Below are positions 11,542 through 23,412 of a DNA stretch of 64,000 bases, piece by piece. The position numbers and the translations under genes are program-made. Under the pieces are notes generated by a model. It saw nothing but the letters and a program-made list of their open reading frames with translations. It had not been told where the DNA came from and ran no database searches. Each line of letters starts with the position of its first letter. Within the stretch, counting starts at the first letter, position 1. Source of the DNA: Picochlorum sp. SENEW3 (taxonomy: Eukaryota); assembly GCA_034226945.1 (NCBI GenBank), contig CP120463.1, positions 496,001-560,000 of the forward strand. The letters run 5' to 3'.

Positions 11542-11771
11542 GTACCTATTACTGACAAATAATTTGCCAGGCAGTCGGTCAGGAGGCTCCATTTGGTCTC
11601 TGTAAAGCATCTTCGCTCCCTGACAAACGAATCCCGTCAAAGCAAGCGGTTGAAAGGCATATATATATGGTCTATATAGAAATATGCGTGTTTGATTTGT
11701 AAAGGACCCTGATCTCTCTGTCATCAATCACCGGACAAAAGATTTCAGATTTCAGTCTTTTGTAAATTGCG

Positions 11772-12371
11772 ATGCCGTCGTCTCCTGTTGACACCTGGTC
11801 GATTCAAGACGTTCAGGTCTACCTCGACGAGTTAGGATTGGGTAATCTGAAAGCCATCTTTCTAAAGAATGGCGGTGCGTTATTTGCCTTGATTATGTAT
11901 TTCTCTACATTACATTGATTGGGATTGTCGATATGTCACAATACTCGTGCAGTTGATGGAAAAGATCTGTCGTCTTTCACCAAGTCAGACTTGACTCAGG
12001 AGTTGGGTGCAACAGAGTTGCAGGCTCGCAAGATTCTGACTGACATCGAATCTCGCAAAAATACCGCATCTACTCAGAGTACCATGGGATATCCAGCTCA
12101 AAGTACAGCACCAGTGCAGCAGCAGAATGTACCAGTGGTTACGACTCACATGGTGACACCAGCACCAGTTGTTGCCACACAGGGGCCTTATCAGTATCAA
12201 TATTACCAGAGGGAGCGATATGTGGGTGGAATCACATGGGTGATTGCCATTTTGTTCTGCTTTCCGTGTATCTTTTGCTGTCCTGTCGATGAACGGCAGC
12301 CTGTGGCACAGATGACTGTTGTGACAACCCAGCCAACAAATCCTCCACAAGCACAGCAGGTGACGCGGTGA
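11772..12371 (+). CDS. SAM-domain protein with P/Q-rich linker and Cys-rich TM module; intron 11875-11952
   Basis: MPSSPVDTWSIQDVQVYLDELGLGNLKAIFLKNG|VDGKDLSSFTKSDLTQELGATELQARKIL is a SAM-domain pattern; ERYVGGITWVIAILFCFPCIFCCPVDER is a Cys-rich hydrophobic segment. Confidence 0.8.
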
Positions 12372-12511
12372 TGCCAACATGTGTATGGATGAGGTGAACA
12401 AATAACAATACCAAGCGTGATACATAAAATTCAGTCGACCTAAATTATAAATTCATCAACCTTTGATTTTACATGTAAGGAATGGAGCTCTGTCATTATG
12501 GCCTGATGTGC

Positions 12512-15500
12512 TCAATGTTTCTCACACCATATTCTTGCGTTTTGGAACATCTTCAGCCACGGGCCAGGCTGTTTTGCATCGAGTCCGAGGTCGCTTGGAT
12601 ACCAAGGATTCTGCCACATTAAGAATGCTCTTTCTGGATGAGGCATCATGGCCAAGTGACGACCATCTTTCGAGCAAAGTGCAGCAACGCCATCGGGAGA
12701 TCCGTTGGGATTGAAGGGATACGTTTCTGTTGGGTTTCCAGCTGGATCGCAGTAGCGTATTGGTGCAAGGTTGCCCTCATCGACGCTTGCTCGCACTGAT
12801 GCATCAGGGAAGATAACTTTTCCTTCACCATGAGCACACCAGACACCAAGGGTTGTACCTTCCATGCCTTCCAACATGACTGCTGGGGATTTTTGAATTT
12901 GGACACTGCTCCATCGACTCTCGAATCTACCTGATGAGTTGTGAATGAACCTTGGCTGCTCAGCATCATCCAAGACACCATTTGTGGCCGGAACCCATCC
13001 TAAAAGGGCCATTAATTGGCATCCATTGCATATTCCAAGAGAGAATGTATCTGGTCTCGAGTAGAAAGCATCAAACTGAGCTCTAAGGGACTCGTTAAAT
13101 CGAATAGTTCCTGCCCATCCCTTTGCAGAGTCCATGACATCAGCATATGAAAATCCTCCAACAAATACGACTCCTTGGAAATTCTCCAGAGAAGCTCTTC
13201 CTTGCAATAAGTCTTGCATAGTAACATCCCAAGGCTCCATACCAGCGTGTGAGATTGCGGCTGCCATTTCTCTGTCACCATTGCTTCCCTCTTCCCTCAA
13301 AATAGCAACTTGTGGCTTGTTGTTCTTCTCTAATATTGCCTTGTCTGTCCACTGTGGTACAAATGGAACTTTCCATAAAGGTGCTTCCCTCGTCATCTGA
13401 ACCGACTCTTCTGATGCAACACACTCTGAGGCACACTGCAGTTTTTCCAATTTGAAGGCTGTGCTCTCCCAAACAGCACGGGATGTTGCCAAATCTTCAT
13501 TCACAACCTGTTCTCCATCAACTGTAATTGATGCGTGTTTATTACTTGTGGTCGATCCAATTGCAATTGCAGGTACACCTGCAGAAGCGTAGGAGCTGAT
13601 GATGTTATCTGCATCGTTCTTGCTCACTTCTACTACCAATCCAAGTTCCTCTGAAAAAAGGGTGGCAAATTTACCCATGGTATCTTTTGTAGGTGACTCT
13701 AAAGTAAGATTTATTCCTCTGTTTCCTGAATACGCCATCTCCAAAGCAGCAACCGCCAATCCTCCATCGGATATGTCATGACCTGCGAGGAGCTTGCCTT
13801 CTTTCAAGAGCGCCTGAGTGACCTTGTATGCACTAGCCAGGGTGGATATCTTGACATCAGGAGAAGAATCTCCAACTTGAGAAAATACCTGAGCCAAAGC
13901 AGAACCCCCGAGTCGTCTGTGGCCTTCGGCAATGTCAACATGAATCAATACGGAATCGTCGCTCTTCAGGTCTGGTGTCACAACCTGAGTGATGTCAGGG
14001 CAGGTCACATATGCAGAGACTACCAAATTTCCTGGTGCCATCACAGTCTCACCTGCAGCTGATGCCGCCATTGAAAGAGAATCTTTTCCTCCATCTACGG
14101 CGATACCCATCTCAACCATTGCATCTCGAAGTGCTGTTGCGGCATCATACATGATAGCTCCTTCAGAAGCCATTTTTGCAGCGTACATCCAATTCACAGA
14201 CGCTTTGATATCCTCCAGTGATGTTGATGCAGCCCATACAATATTTGTAAGAGCTTCTCCTAAAGCCATGCGAGACATTGCACTTGGGTTAATGAAACCC
14301 TTGAGAGGTTGCTCACCAATAGATGTAGCAGCTCCAGTATACCCAGTGTGGCTCTGAGCCATTACGGCAACATCAGAAACAGGGAGCTGTAATGGCCCAC
14401 AGCACTGCTGCTGTGCGACAAGACCTGTGACTGATCTATCAACTTTGGTTGTCAAAAAGCGCTTGGAGCAGACTGATGGGAGTTTCAGCACTCTCTCCAG
14501 TGCTGAACTGATCGTTGTTCCATCTGGAATTGTGAGAGGAATGAGAGTTTCGTCCCGCCTCGAAAATTTGTACGTCTTGTTTGGCATATCTCCAAGAACC
14601 TTCTCCAGGTCCAAATCTACTGGATTCTGTGTGCCTTCTGGGGCTTCCTTGTCAACAAGGACAACCTTTCCGCTTCCATCGATTGACCCAATAATTTGGA
14701 TGTTACACCGCTCTCGAGTGCAAATACGCTCAAGCATCTCTCTCTTGTCTGGTTTAATGAGCAAACAATCATTCTCCTGATATTCTGCACCCCAGATTTC
14801 AAGCACACTCATGGTCTTGTCTCCTAGCTTGATTGCCCGGACATCGATCTCTGCTCCAAGAGGATAAATTATTTCCTTCACCACATTGCAATTTCCACCA
14901 GCACCTTGGTCATGAATCTGTTCAATTGGATTATTTTCTCCCAGCTCAACACAAGCGCGCACAACTCTCCACAATTTTTGGGCTACTTCGGCATCACCTC
15001 TTTGAACAGCATTAAAATCGAGATCAGCTGACAGGGATCCTGATGGAACAGATGATGCAGCTCCACCACCCATACCAATGCGATATGCGGGGCCACCAAT
15101 CTTCACAATCAACATGCCAAGTTCTGGATCATTCTTTTCCAGGTGGTGGTGATCAATTTGCCCGAGTCCAGCACTGAACATGATTGGCTTGATCCACTCT
15201 CGCCTCTCACCATTTGGAAGACGCTGCCCAAACGTCCTCGTGTATCCAGCAATCATTGGCTCTCCGAATTTATTACCGTAGTCTGATGCACCATTAGATG
15301 CATCAATAAGTATTTGCAATGGAGAAGCCAACGTCGATGGGTACTCAAAGTTCTGATCCTCCCACTCCATCTGATATCCATCCATGTTGAGATTTCCCAC
15401 ACAATATCCAGATGTTGATGCTCCCATGATTGATCCAATTCCAGTTGCATGTGTATCACGGATACGTCCACCAGCACCAGTTTCAGCTCCAGGATATGGA

Positions 15501-16609
15501 GCTACAGCACAAGGGAAGTTGTGTGTCTCAGCAGTCAACAAGATGTCCCAATCTCTCTTTGCTCGCGCCAATGGAGATGGCTGCCCAGGAACCGAAGGCA
15601 GCAATGGCTCCACTGGTCCACCTCGGATGGCAGATGAATTATCTTTGAAACCTATGACAGAGTTACGACGGTTCTTATTCCACGTGTCCTTCACAATACC
15701 AAACAAATCCTCAGGCATCTTCTCATCGTCAATGTAAATATCAGCCTTGAAAAACCAATGGCGAGAATGTTCTGAATTACTCTGTGCAATATCGAAGAGT
15801 TCAACGTTTGTTGGATCTCTCTTTAACTCGTCCCTGAACATCTGTGTATAGTAGTCCAAATCCCATTCATCAAAAGCAAAACCCATTTCATCATTGACTT
15901 TCTCCAACGCAGCCCTGCCTTCCTTCATCAAAGGTATGGTCTCCACAGCAGCTGGTACGGTGTCAGTCGCAAAACTTTTCAAAGGCTCCAAGTACCTCTG
16001 CTCTGTCATTCGATCATGCACAAGTGCTGCAAATGCTTCACAATCAGCCTCTGACAGTGGAGACGATGAGCGAACAAGATACCTCCTAGACAACTCAACT
16101 CTTTCAATCGAATCAAGCCCACATGACTGACAAATAGAAATAGCATTCGCAGCCCAAGCTGTACTAAAACTCATCCGAGGACCAACCTCAATCACCACTT
16201 CTGTTGAGTCAGATGCACCCAACACGGTCTCAGATGTGAGATTTTCTGGCTCAAAGGTCTCCTTCAGCAACCATCCAAGGGTCTTTGCTGAATCTGACGT
16301 CAAACCATTATCATCGATCGATATATTAAAGCAGAGCTCTCCCACGACATCAACGATCGCAGGATTCACCTTGTTCTTTGCATTCTCTACCAGAGTTGTT
16401 CGCTGAGACTCTGACAGCCCAGGAGTCCTAAATACCTGCACAACACCCCCAGACACACGTGCCATCTTCTCTTCAGGAGACGCTCGTGCCACGCTCTGGA
16501 CAATCATCCTCCGATGCAATCCAGCACCGACTCTCCCAGTAGGTCGTACGCCCCCAGCAGAAGAACACAGCCGAGCCTCTTCTTGCGGAGCGATGGGACG
16601 ACCCGACAT
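12512..16609 (-). CDS. purL: Phosphoribosylformylglycinamidine (FGAM) synthase, large single-chain type, with organellar presequence; intronless
   Basis: AQSNSEHSRHWFF, AETHNFP, GAETGAGGRIRD, IHDQGAGGN, GGKDSLSM, glutaminase LGICNGCQ and MMPHPER motifs. Confidence 0.97.
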   Translation of the reverse strand: MSGRPIAPQEEARLCSSAGGVRPTGRVGAGLHRRMIVQSVARASPEEKMARVSGGVVQVFRTPGLSESQRTTLVENAKNKVNPAIVDVVGELCFNISIDDNGLTSDSAKTLGWLLKETFEPENLTSETVLGASDSTEVVIEVGPRMSFSTAWAANAISICQSCGLDSIERVELSRRYLVRSSSPLSEADCEAFAALVHDRMTEQRYLEPLKSFATDTVPAAVETIPLMKEGRAALEKVNDEMGFAFDEWDLDYYTQMFRDELKRDPTNVELFDIAQSNSEHSRHWFFKADIYIDDEKMPEDLFGIVKDTWNKNRRNSVIGFKDNSSAIRGGPVEPLLPSVPGQPSPLARAKRDWDILLTAETHNFPCAVAPYPGAETGAGGRIRDTHATGIGSIMGASTSGYCVGNLNMDGYQMEWEDQNFEYPSTLASPLQILIDASNGASDYGNKFGEPMIAGYTRTFGQRLPNGERREWIKPIMFSAGLGQIDHHHLEKNDPELGMLIVKIGGPAYRIGMGGGAASSVPSGSLSADLDFNAVQRGDAEVAQKLWRVVRACVELGENNPIEQIHDQGAGGNCNVVKEIIYPLGAEIDVRAIKLGDKTMSVLEIWGAEYQENDCLLIKPDKREMLERICTRERCNIQIIGSIDGSGKVVLVDKEAPEGTQNPVDLDLEKVLGDMPNKTYKFSRRDETLIPLTIPDGTTISSALERVLKLPSVCSKRFLTTKVDRSVTGLVAQQQCCGPLQLPVSDVAVMAQSHTGYTGAATSIGEQPLKGFINPSAMSRMALGEALTNIVWAASTSLEDIKASVNWMYAAKMASEGAIMYDAATALRDAMVEMGIAVDGGKDSLSMAASAAGETVMAPGNLVVSAYVTCPDITQVVTPDLKSDDSVLIHVDIAEGHRRLGGSALAQVFSQVGDSSPDVKISTLASAYKVTQALLKEGKLLAGHDISDGGLAVAALEMAYSGNRGINLTLESPTKDTMGKFATLFSEELGLVVEVSKNDADNIISSYASAGVPAIAIGSTTSNKHASITVDGEQVVNEDLATSRAVWESTAFKLEKLQCASECVASEESVQMTREAPLWKVPFVPQWTDKAILEKNNKPQVAILREEGSNGDREMAAAISHAGMEPWDVTMQDLLQGRASLENFQGVVFVGGFSYADVMDSAKGWAGTIRFNESLRAQFDAFYSRPDTFSLGICNGCQLMALLGWVPATNGVLDDAEQPRFIHNSSGRFESRWSSVQIQKSPAVMLEGMEGTTLGVWCAHGEGKVIFPDASVRASVDEGNLAPIRYCDPAGNPTETYPFNPNGSPDGVAALCSKDGRHLAMMPHPERAFLMWQNPWYPSDLGLDAKQPGPWLKMFQNARIWCEKH

Positions 16610-17288
16610 CTCAGATGCCCCTTGAAAATACTTTAAACCATCTTTCCTGCGCCATCGTCAAAATATATGCGTGATGAGAGATATTCTCATGAGTCGCAGA
16701 AATGAGAGTTCAAACTGAGATAGGCCACCATCGGGCAACCTACTCCGAATTCAGATATAAAATTATGTATGGAATATACATCACTCACCTGCTTTGCATG
16801 CGAACCCCTCCACAGAGGATATTCCTCTGTGCATGACAGCACGAAGGATGCCGCTGCTGCATAATTCAATTTGATCACTGTCTGTGTACAACAACGATAT
16901 GGTATACCATTAATTACTTTAATATGACTCTCTTGAGTGCGACTAATTGCCTTTCATCGTCAAATTTCCCCCGAGATTGTCTGACATTCAGCATCTCATC
17001 TCATTTCTGTAGTATTGGTCCAGTTCTTAAAAAGATGCCTCATCAGGATGACTCATTGAATCCCCCAGCGACGCCTGATCCACCCACTGATGACCCGTGT
17101 TTGTCGATTGGGCGTTCCAGGGTGATTAGATCCGACAATCTGCTCGGTACCTGAATGACCTATAAAACCTGTTGAGATTGTAGGACAATGTTGGTGGATG
17201 AAACCTTTGATTCTCCATATTCGCGTGGGATAGCACAGAACTGGGTACATTTTATTGTAAATCAAGGTATATCAGAAGTAAGTGGAGG

Positions 17289-18443
17289 ATGATGACTGTT
17301 GTCAGGCAAGGAATAAGGGCAACGATCAGATGCCCTAGGGGTGGTAGGAAATCTCTGGACTTAATAGCGATGAATGCCCATTTTCAGTCACTGATGGGTC
17401 GAATGCCCTTAATTAATGGTCAATGTGGTGGGAAAGGGTTGTTTGGATCCAAGGTGGCGCCATTGACGCGTTGCTACAGCGCGGCAGCGGACCAGCCAGA
17501 CGACCTAGGGGTTGCGCTGGGAGGTAATCCACCACCGCCCAGCGAGAATGACAACGGGGATGATGATGGAAATGGAGGACATGGAGGTGCTGCTTTGGTG
17601 TTGGCAGCAGGGAGGACGCTCGAGTCGTTGCCTCTTGATATTGGGCAAGCTGTCCAAAAGGGGACGATTCCAGCAGATATGTTGAAGCGGTATTTGGATA
17701 TGAGCTCGAACCCTATCATCGCCTGGTTGATGCAGTTTGGTGGGTTTAGGGAACGTTTATTGGCAGATCCAGGATTTTTGGTGAAAGTTGCCATAGAGGT
17801 AGGCATTGGAATTTGCACAAAGACTACTGCAGAGTATGCCAAGCGGGGGGAGCAGTTTGAAAGCCAGTTGGACTTTGTTTTCGCCAATATATGCATGGCA
17901 TTGATTGCCGATTTTATGTTGGTGTGGTTGCCTGCTCCAACGTACGCAGCGAATAAAAGCGTGGCATCCAAGGCTCCAGGTATGCTTTCCAACATCTTTG
18001 CAGGCTGTCCAGACAATGCATTCCAAAAGGTTCCACCTGGGTACGAGCCTTTCACGTTCGTCCAGCGCTGCGGCTCTGTCGTGCGAAATGGAGCTAAATT
18101 GTTTGGTGTTGGCTTCTTTGCAAGTCTTTTGGGGGTTGGCATGACGAACGGCCTTGTTGCAATTCGCGAAATGTTGGATCCATCCTTTGTCCCACTGAAT
18201 GCGCCGCAAGATGTGGCAGTCATGTCTGGGGCATATGGGTTGTACATGGCATCGAGTTCGAACTTGAGGTATCAAATTTTGGCTGGTATTGTCGAGGAGC
18301 GAGGTATTGAAGTTTTGTTCAAGAACAACCCTGCTATCTGCGCAGCCTTGTCCTTTGCTGTCAGAACGGGCAACACATTCCTTGGGTCCCTGCTGTGGGT
18401 TGACTTTTTGAGTATTCTCGGATTGCAAAAGATAGGACATTAA
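17289..18443 (+). CDS. RETICULATA-related (DUF3411) chloroplast envelope protein
   Basis: Transit peptide, Gly/Asp-rich linker, GGFRERLLADPGFLVKVAIEVGIG, PDNAFQ, SSNLRYQILAG, RTGNTFLGS. Confidence 0.9.
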   Translation: MMTVVRQGIRATIRCPRGGRKSLDLIAMNAHFQSLMGRMPLINGQCGGKGLFGSKVAPLTRCYSAAADQPDDLGVALGGNPPPPSENDNGDDDGNGGHGGAALVLAAGRTLESLPLDIGQAVQKGTIPADMLKRYLDMSSNPIIAWLMQFGGFRERLLADPGFLVKVAIEVGIGICTKTTAEYAKRGEQFESQLDFVFANICMALIADFMLVWLPAPTYAANKSVASKAPGMLSNIFAGCPDNAFQKVPPGYEPFTFVQRCGSVVRNGAKLFGVGFFASLLGVGMTNGLVAIREMLDPSFVPLNAPQDVAVMSGAYGLYMASSSNLRYQILAGIVEERGIEVLFKNNPAICAALSFAVRTGNTFLGSLLWVDFLSILGLQKIGH

Positions 18444-18594
18444 TGTTGTTATCGTCTCATGATTTTCCAATACGCTAGTTTTCTTTGCACTGCATTTGTG
18501 TTTCCCAACTTGATGTAACAACAATTGACTATTCATTCTTACAACTCATGATTTCAAAATACTACTTGTGCGTCGAGTGTCCCTGAGGAAATCT

Positions 18595-19787
18595 TCAGAG
18601 ATTGACAATCTTCATCTCAGTTTCTGCTCTCCATGATTCTCCAGGCTTCAAAACAATTGGCTCGGAGAACTGCGCATTTTCTACACAAACAAACTCCTTG
18701 TAGCAATCTGGCATGGCAGTCCAAGGAGACCAGACAACTGTATCCAACCAATTCTTCGAATCGATGGAAATCGCAGCACCAGTACCCACATCCAACTCTA
18801 CGTGACCCGCGGATTTAAGGTATACAGAATCTACGGGACCAGTAAAGGCAATAGAGTCTCTATCTTCTTCCTTCTTGGGAGGGTTATTGGCATCCTCCGT
18901 CTTGTCCAGGTACTCCTACAAGTAAAAAACACTCTCCCATCAGGTAACTCTTTGTAAAAAGACACGGTTTCGTGCTACAACGTACCAATCCTTTGAGACC
19001 ATTAACCCTTGCATTCTCGACACCAGCAACCTCAAAGTATGAGTGGAGAGCTGCTGTGAAATCAAATGCTTCGCTTCCCTTGTTCAACACACGCATATCT
19101 GTTTTCAAAGTCTCCCCATGCAAACTAATAGAATAGGCAACCATAAAATCATGTGGCCACATCTTCTTGGTGTATTCATTATCAATCAATGCAATTTCAA
19201 TCTCGGGGTCGCGATCGTCTGGCTGAGGATCTGCTGAAGATCCCACAACTTCCCAGTCAAGATTGCGAGCAAATCCATGCTGCTGCATCTCTCCAGGCCC
19301 GAATTGGGGAAAGCAGTGTGGAATACCTCCAGAAATTGGCTTTGACTTGTCAAACACTGCATCTGGGCGAATATAAAGCACTTCATCTCCAGATGCCTGC
19401 TTCCATGACGTCACACAACCCCCGAAAAGGGTGATTTCTGCGCTGCTCCCACACGCATGCTTCAGCACCGCTGTCGGCAAACCACCTCTACCCTCCTTAA
19501 ACTCCACATGGCCAAGAATCTCAAATTTAGATGCAAGATCCTTCACCAATTCAGCGGAAGAAGCGGAGGCTATGATCGCTTTCGAGCTCTCTGCTCTATC
19601 CACACGTCGAGAACTAAAACGACTTCCAAAGGCGGTACTCCTGCGTCATTTTACATCATCTGAGCTATCTACAACATTAGATTGGACGATCGCAACGATT
19701 CTCGCACCTGTTGGAACTGGACTGCCTGAAACCATGGGATTTGGTTGGGTACCCAACCGCAATTTTTGGCGAACAAGCTCTCTGCAT
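18595..19787 (-). CDS. D-hexose-6-phosphate mutarotase / aldose 1-epimerase family protein, plastid-targeted; 2 introns
   Basis: GGCVTSWK, KPISGGIPHCFPQFG, QHGFARN, ALHSYF, VVWSPW, FVCVENA; ATG 19787 gives a transit-like exon 1 spliced in frame. Confidence 0.9.
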
Positions 19788-19981
19788 CGTGAGTGTATGA
19801 TTTATGTATTATCAATCGAAAATATCAAATGGAATATCGGTTGAGAGGGGCAGGTGTTGTGCTCAGAGCGCTATTCTCCTTGAATAGATAGTATAAACAC
19901 GTTTAGCCATGCGATGTACATGTACATTCATGCCCCGCCTTGGTACCAATCGTATGCTATAGAAAATAATATGTGATAAAC

Positions 19982-22900
19982 ATGGCGTTGCTGGATGAAT
20001 GGAATCAAGAGATTAGTGGAATCGTTGCAGAGTCAAACGTTTCAGGTTCGAAAAACGGTGCAGAAGCAACAGGTTCACTATTTAGTCTCGATATACGACT
20101 CGATTTTGCCTCTCAGTGCGTTATTTGTATTGCTTCTTAGGTTTACCCGCTGATGTGTCGGACAGTGCTCGGACAACCATAAAGTGCCACTGTCTCATAA
20201 CTCTCTTTGTGTTTTCAGGGGCCGTGGGCATGCGGTGGGACTGGCGTGTTCTTCTAGTAAGATTTTCTTAGCAACCTCGAAGAATTTTCTTATTCGGCAT
20301 GACGAGAATACGGGAAGCATCAGCGAAGTGATGCTGTCAAAGTCTCATGAGTGCAAGATACGCAGGTTGTTTGTGGATCCATGTGGGCATCATATTCTGG
20401 TGCTGATTCAGCAGGGATTATACCTGGAGACGTATTACATAGGGAGTGATTTTTCAAAGCCGGTGCCTTTGAAGGATCTTAAGGGAATCAACGTGACGAG
20501 TGTGGCATGGGGTATGCAGACAGCATTGACGAGGGGTGCAGGATACAGCAGTGCAGTTCTTGGCACGGATACCGGGGAAGTGTATGCGGTCTCAAATATA
20601 ATGGTAAAGAAAATAATAGTAGAGAGGTTATTGGAAATCCCTAGAAAGGGGAAATCTCCGATTTCTGGCATGGTTGCTATTCCTTTGGGTGGATCGACAA
20701 CCGAGGCGCAAAGGCATCTCTTGTTGGTATTGTGTGGCACACATCTTCACATGTTCTTGGGAAGGGGTGAAACAGTGGTTTCGATGCTACAGAAGGCAGG
20801 TCGAGGCGACGTGATAACCAAGTTATTTGATCTCCCAATCGAGAGAGATGCTGCTCAGATACAACTTTTTAGGCCACCTACTATTTCTTCTCGGGAAGCA
20901 GTGCTGGCGGATCCGACGAGTTTTGCAGTACTATCTACATCTGGAATATACTATGGGGGAGTGAATTTGCGGCAACAGACGGATGACCCAATGGACTATC
21001 TGACCTCACACAAACTTTTGCCCTGTGGGGTGTTCAACAGGCAGGGTGTCGAACAGCCAATCTCACTGGCAATGACCCAGTATCACATCGTTTTGTTGTA
21101 TCCCTCTAAACTTCAGTTTATAAATATAGAAAGTAGAGGGACAATTCAGGAGATCCTTGTGGAGTCGTTTGCTTCACCTATGAGAGGGGCAGCAGCTTTG
21201 CCACTGGGCTTGTGCAGGGATGCTGTTGATGGTCAGCTATTGGTTCTGGCTGGAGATGACGTGTATGAGATTGACCATTCCAATGAAGATAGAGATATGT
21301 GGAAAATATTTTTATCAAGGGGCGACTACAAATCTGCTCTACCATTTTGTAGAACAGCATCCCAGAGGAATGCAGCATATTTGCAAGAAGCTGAGCGCTT
21401 GTTTGCCGAGCAGGACTACAAGCAGGCGGCGACGTTGTTTGGTAAGTGCACTTCCCATGTACCAACATTTGATGAAATATCTCTGCGACTCATGGGGCTG
21501 GGGGATGGAGCGGCCATGCGTGCTTTCCTCGAAGCTCGTTTAAGCACCTTGGGCAAGAATGACAGAGTGCAGAGCACGATGGTTTCCACATGGCTTCTTG
21601 AACTGTTGCTTGATAATGCAAACAAAAATGCGCTTTTGAAGAATACAGGCGGTGTTTCTGACCAGGAAGAGAATTCGGAGGACGAGGTTAAGGCTTTCCT
21701 ATGGAAGTTTGTGCGAATACTAGATTCAAAGACGACAATATCAATCTTAGAGGATTATGGACGGCATGATGATCTCATTGAGTATGCTAGGGCTAGAGGA
21801 GATGACGAAGCTGAAGTTGAACTCTTAATGCGCAAAGGGGATGCAGAGCGAGTATTCGAAATTTTACGGAAACCATCTGTTAATCGAGAGCTGGTTTACA
21901 AATATGCCGGCAATCTCCTGGCATTGGCTCCCTCGCAGACAGTATTTTCCTGGATGGATGCGTCTCCTCCTTTAGACCCTCTTCGTCTGCTGCCGTCGAT
22001 ATTGCCTTATGCTGATCAGCGATCCTCTCAGAGTGCTAGGTTTGAAGTAGCCCGATACCTTAAATTTTGCGTGGAGGTTAGAGGAGTAGTCGAGCCAGCG
22101 ATTCACGATTTTTATATCAGTATTCTATGCATCGATGAAAAGAATAGTGCAGAGCTTCTTCAACTCATCAAACAGTCCAAGAATCCATTTGGTGCTCCAT
22201 TATATGATCCAGTGAGGGCCCTGAGGTTATGTTCTCTCTGGCAAAGAAAAGATGCCATTGTCTTGTTGTTATCAGAAGTAGGTATGTGGAATGAAGCAAT
22301 TGATCAAGCTCTAAGTATAAGTACTGAATACGCGAAAGAAATAGCATCAGAATATCAAGGAGATGATGATGATCTCCGTAAAGGCATATGGCTAAAGATT
22401 GTCAAACATTTGATTTCTCAAGAAGGGTCAGAGCAAGGACATTGGACGGTACGTTTCTTGGACAAAACAAGACCTGTTGGAATCTGTTTTTTAAAATATA
22501 TAATATTCATTACGCAGCGAGACCTGGTGGAAAGCATCGGGGGCATTATGGAGGACTCCAATGAGTCAGTTTTGATTGATGATGTTCTGGACTTGTTCCC
22601 TAGTTTGCAGAAAATGGGGGTGTTCAAAAGCCTAATCTGCCAAAATTTAAACAAATATAGTCAAAGCATTGATCAAAAGAAGAGTGAGATGCGGATTGCA
22701 TCTGAGTCAAACAGAAAACTTCGAATGGCAGTTTCACACCTGGGGAAAGCCAAGGTTAGAGCCAGTCCCAAGTCGTCATGCATCAGTTGCGCCAGATTGC
22801 TTACAGAGAGACCACCTACTGCAGCTGGTCCAACAGGGGGCTCCTTACCAAGCATATACACTTTTCCAACTGGGAATATGTATCATGGCGCTTGTTTGTG

Positions 22901-23141
22901 CTTTGAAGCAGCCAAACTGGGGACAGAACAGTCAGCAGCAATTATTAAAAAGCTTTCAAAGCAATTGGCTTTGGCAAAATCGACTTCTGAGGTTGATACA
23001 ATAGTTCGCCTGAAAGCTGAATTAGAGAAACAAATTGCGGTACAAGATCCTTTCTGTAGTGAAAACCTTGCAATGTTAGTGACAAAGCCCTTCACTGATG
23101 ACTCGTGCAGCGAAAGAGCCACCTCGTGGTCTATAAAATAA
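19982..23141 (+). CDS. VPS18: Vacuolar protein sorting 18 (Pep3; HOPS/CORVET core); introns ~20116-20218 and 22449-22517
   Basis: LFVDPCGHH, ISLAMTQYHIVLLY, NEDRDMWKIFL, TWLLELLLD, clathrin-like helical repeats, C-terminal degenerate RING (CISC...YHGAC...DPFC). Confidence 0.93.
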
Positions 23142-23412
23142 AGATAAGAGGTCAATTATTTTCAAATGATTGTTTGTTATTCTTTAAAATGGCTTTAGTG
23201 TGAAGAATATACCATATAGCAGCCCATGAATCGAAAAGTTGTTGAAATGCCCCATGCTTACTTGAATGTGGCCATAACCATGGTTAATTAATCGCCAGGG
23301 TTTGTGCAATCCTCATGCTACTACGCACTATTCGAGTAAGAGATGTATCCTGTAATATGTTTGAATTGATTGTGTTACATTAATGTACCAAAGTCTACTT
23401 CATAAGAAATAA

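Noticed and set aside
17474..18536. Two ~258-aa antisense ORFs over the RETICULATA-like gene
   Set aside because: Shadow frames of a real gene with no recognisable motifs
22449..22517. Hydrophobic insert VRFLDKTRPVGICFLKYIIFITQ in VPS18, and a similar insert in PKS KS7 (~35436-35501)
   Set aside because: Stop-free in-frame introns with canonical GT/AG ends, not protein sequence
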